A stretch of DNA of 64,000 nt from Leptogorgia sarmentosa (Eukaryota), in NCBI GenBank assembly GCA_964658305.1, contig OZ210885.1, forward strand, positions 22,754,001-22,818,000, written 5' to 3'. Made by a program: the position numbers and the translations under genes. Positions within the stretch are counted from its first letter, which is position 1; every line of letters starts with the position of its first letter. Below are positions 61,538 to 64,000 of this stretch, piece after piece. Below the pieces are notes generated by a model. That model ran no database searches. It was not told the origin of the DNA and saw nothing but the letters and a program-made list of their open reading frames with translations.

Positions 61538-62690
61538 ATGTCAAAACAGAAGAGACCCGGTTAGTAATATTTTTTGTTTTACTAGTGTTTGTAAGAGATT
61601 TAAGAAACTAATAAAAAAACGTTGTTTATGTATACTTATAGATGAGCGAGGATTTATACATAATTTAAGCCCAGTCAAAAAGTCAAAGAGTGGAAAAACG
61701 AATTGGTTTGAGTTCACTCTTCAGACCAGTCCCGTGAAAACGAAGAGAGTGGTGGGATACAACACTTCATCACACAACGAGCTTAAAGAGCTGGAACATA
61801 GCAAGTCTCCTGTTGTCCTGATAAACACAAAGGAAGATAAAAGCGATGATGTGATTTTCAATCAGATGTCAACTGCGCGTAGTGCATCTACTTCTGATGT
61901 AGGCTTTGATTACGACGTGCTGCAACAGTCAGCGGAGGCTTCATCTTCATTGAGCATTTGCATAACCATAACGTTGGGTGAAGTTTCAAGCATACGACCT
62001 AACCAGAAAGTGATTGTCGTTGGAGCTTTGTCTTTGGGTGATGAACCAGCGAAGCAAGTTAAAATGAGAGGGAAAGAAGTTGCTATGGTAAAAGATGATT
62101 GTATTCTGGAAGACGTGACGGGTTCGGCGCCTTTACACATCTGGGATACTTTTATAAATTCAGTTGAGAATGGGAAAAGTTATCGTTTCGAAAACCTCGT
62201 TGTGAAATCGTTCCAAGGAGCGATGTATCTTTCGACAACCTTTACAACGTCAGTCACAATGGTAGAAGCGGTTGTTGAATCTTTAGTTGGGCCTCAGATG
62301 CTGGAAAGTAAACAGCACGCTGTGACTGTCGAGGAGTTCAAGATGGTGAGAAAGTTAGATATCTTCCTAGTGTGCCAGTCCTGTAGCAAGAAAATTGAAG
62401 ATGTTTGCGGAGATTTCGTGAAGTGCAAGTATTGCGACGTTCGACAAAGGCGATTGTCGTGCGAAACTTGTGCTTCTGCACAAGTGAAAGTTGAATTGCC
62501 AGAAGATGAAGCCGAAGGTCTGTGGTTGACTGTCTTCACTGAGGTATTGGAACAACTTTTGAAGCCATCATTTGAGATTTCATTGAGCTCTTCTGATTCT
62601 ATTGAAGAAGCACTTCTTAGAATTAAAAATGTGAAGTTTGTTTATAATATAATCAGCAATGTTATCACCAAAGTCTGGTGTTCGCTGTAA
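61538..62690 (+). CDS. RPA70-like multi-OB-fold protein with a zinc ribbon, 356 aa, two exons
   Basis: Exon 61538-61559 (donor GTTAGT) plus 61642-62690 joins in phase without stops. Motifs GFIHNLSPVK, ILEDVTGS..LHIWD, GKSYRFENL, CQSCSKK...CKYC and LTVF. Confidence 0.7.
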
Positions 62691-63056
62691 AAGACTGGCT
62701 TAGACTTTACGATTTTCACTTTCACTTTGATGTTTGACTGACAGTTTGAGTCATGGAATGTAAGCATGAAGTATGTTGAAGTTGTACATTTATTTATTAT
62801 GTAATGTGTTATATTATGTAAGATATTCACATTGACATTGTTACAGTAAAATCCATATTGTTTTTCAAATGGTTTGGAACAATTACCTAGTATTTGGAAA
62901 TATTATAGTTGTGTTTAGGTTTTGTTCCTTTTACACATATATTTTTGTATTATTAGCAGTAAGTGTTCATTAAAAGCTTCATATTTTTGCTTAACGAAAA
63001 TGGTTATCGCCTCTCTTATGGTAATACTAAGTTATGCCCAAATTATATTAGTATAG

Positions 63057-63163
63057 GAAATTACGCGGTTCGAGAAGCACCAATGAAAAATTGCACGTGT
63101 GTTTGGCGAAATACCGCGAGTGCAATTTTTCAGCATTAATACTTCGAGAACAAGTGTAATTTC
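63057..63163. repeat. Imperfect long hairpin, probable terminus of a hairpin-ended element
   Basis: gaaattac...tcga...tgaaaaattgcac / gtgcaatttttca...tcga...gtaatttc around the loop gtttggcgaaatac. Confidence 0.6.
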
Positions 63164-64000
63164 GTATTAATATCATTGTAGTACACATTGACTAACCTTT
63201 TTTGTCCAAAGTTGACAATAAATCACAAAAAAAACTGTAGTGATTCATCAGCATCCATTGTTGATTATGTTTGACCAAGTTGGTTTTCCAAGCACTGGGT
63301 ATAATGTACAATTGTGGTGCATATCAAATATAACCAGTTGAAAATTTGGCCAGTTTTGATTGGGCCTCTCAGGAAAGGAAGGATGGTAGACTAGTTATTT
63401 CATTTCTAAAGTGATGATAGAAGGTCATTGTTTAGTACAGACATACTGTAAACACTCAACATACTTATTGTATTATGATGTAGTCTAGATGCTCAAGAGC
63501 TAATAAAATAGAATTCATACCTTAATATTCCTTGCAAGGCAGATCATGGCCAGGCATAAGAGAGCTAACTGGAGCACAAGAGCTCCAGTTTTTTGAGATT
63601 TGTTGATACAATTATCACAGTTATGATAAAGTTATATTATTATAATTGCTAGTTTTAACTCTTGGAAATGTGTCATGTTCATGCTCTGTTGGATCATTTA
63701 CATAATTTTCATGGTGTTATGGTAGCTGTTGGCAAAAGGGAGGGAGATTTTAATTATTGTGATTCACAAATGGAGCTACCAATACACAGATAATTTGTGA
63801 ACAGTTTGCCAGAAAAAGTCACACATCCCCATCCCTAACCTTTATAATATAAAGTTAAATTGTTTCAGAATTATAATCTTGTACTGTGATATCACTTATC
63901 ACATAATTTAAAGTTATAACTAAGAGTGACTTACTGAAGCTGATCTGTTTATGTTGCCTTGCATGAAACCCAAATTGCCTTATGGTCAGTAAAATATGTT

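Noticed and set aside
63230..64000. Possible further Ginger exons or terminus
   Set aside because: Splice-like sites exist, but no convincing reading frame or TIR could be assembled.

Overview
AT-rich eukaryotic DNA with GT-AG spliceosomal introns, probably from an aquatic invertebrate. The element families and a USOMP5-like exon suggest an anthozoan cnidarian, which is an inference. The window is almost entirely a nest of transposable elements. Boundaries are supported by target-site duplications (TSDs) or matching termini for four of them: a 9.2 kb Merlin element (17879-27043), an intact hAT (33443-37410), an intact BEL/Pao LTR element with identical LTRs (40936-48046) and a pogo element (52543-56995). 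The pogo sits in an intron of a spliced Ginger-type integrase gene. Also present are two decayed CR1/L2-group LINEs, a NOF-like MULE pseudogene, DIRS/Ngaro and BEL fragments, several MITEs, IS3EU-like ends, a tRNA-His/tRNA-Tyr pair and a 1.59 kb tandem duplication. The most notable aspect is the cargo carried by the DNA transposons: HECT/CUE ubiquitin-ligase-like genes, a DUF3987-like P-loop ATPase, an intact HMG-box plus zinc-finger gene, PHD and HIRAN modules, and an RPA-like OB-fold gene. All family assignments come from motif recognition by eye; no searches were run.
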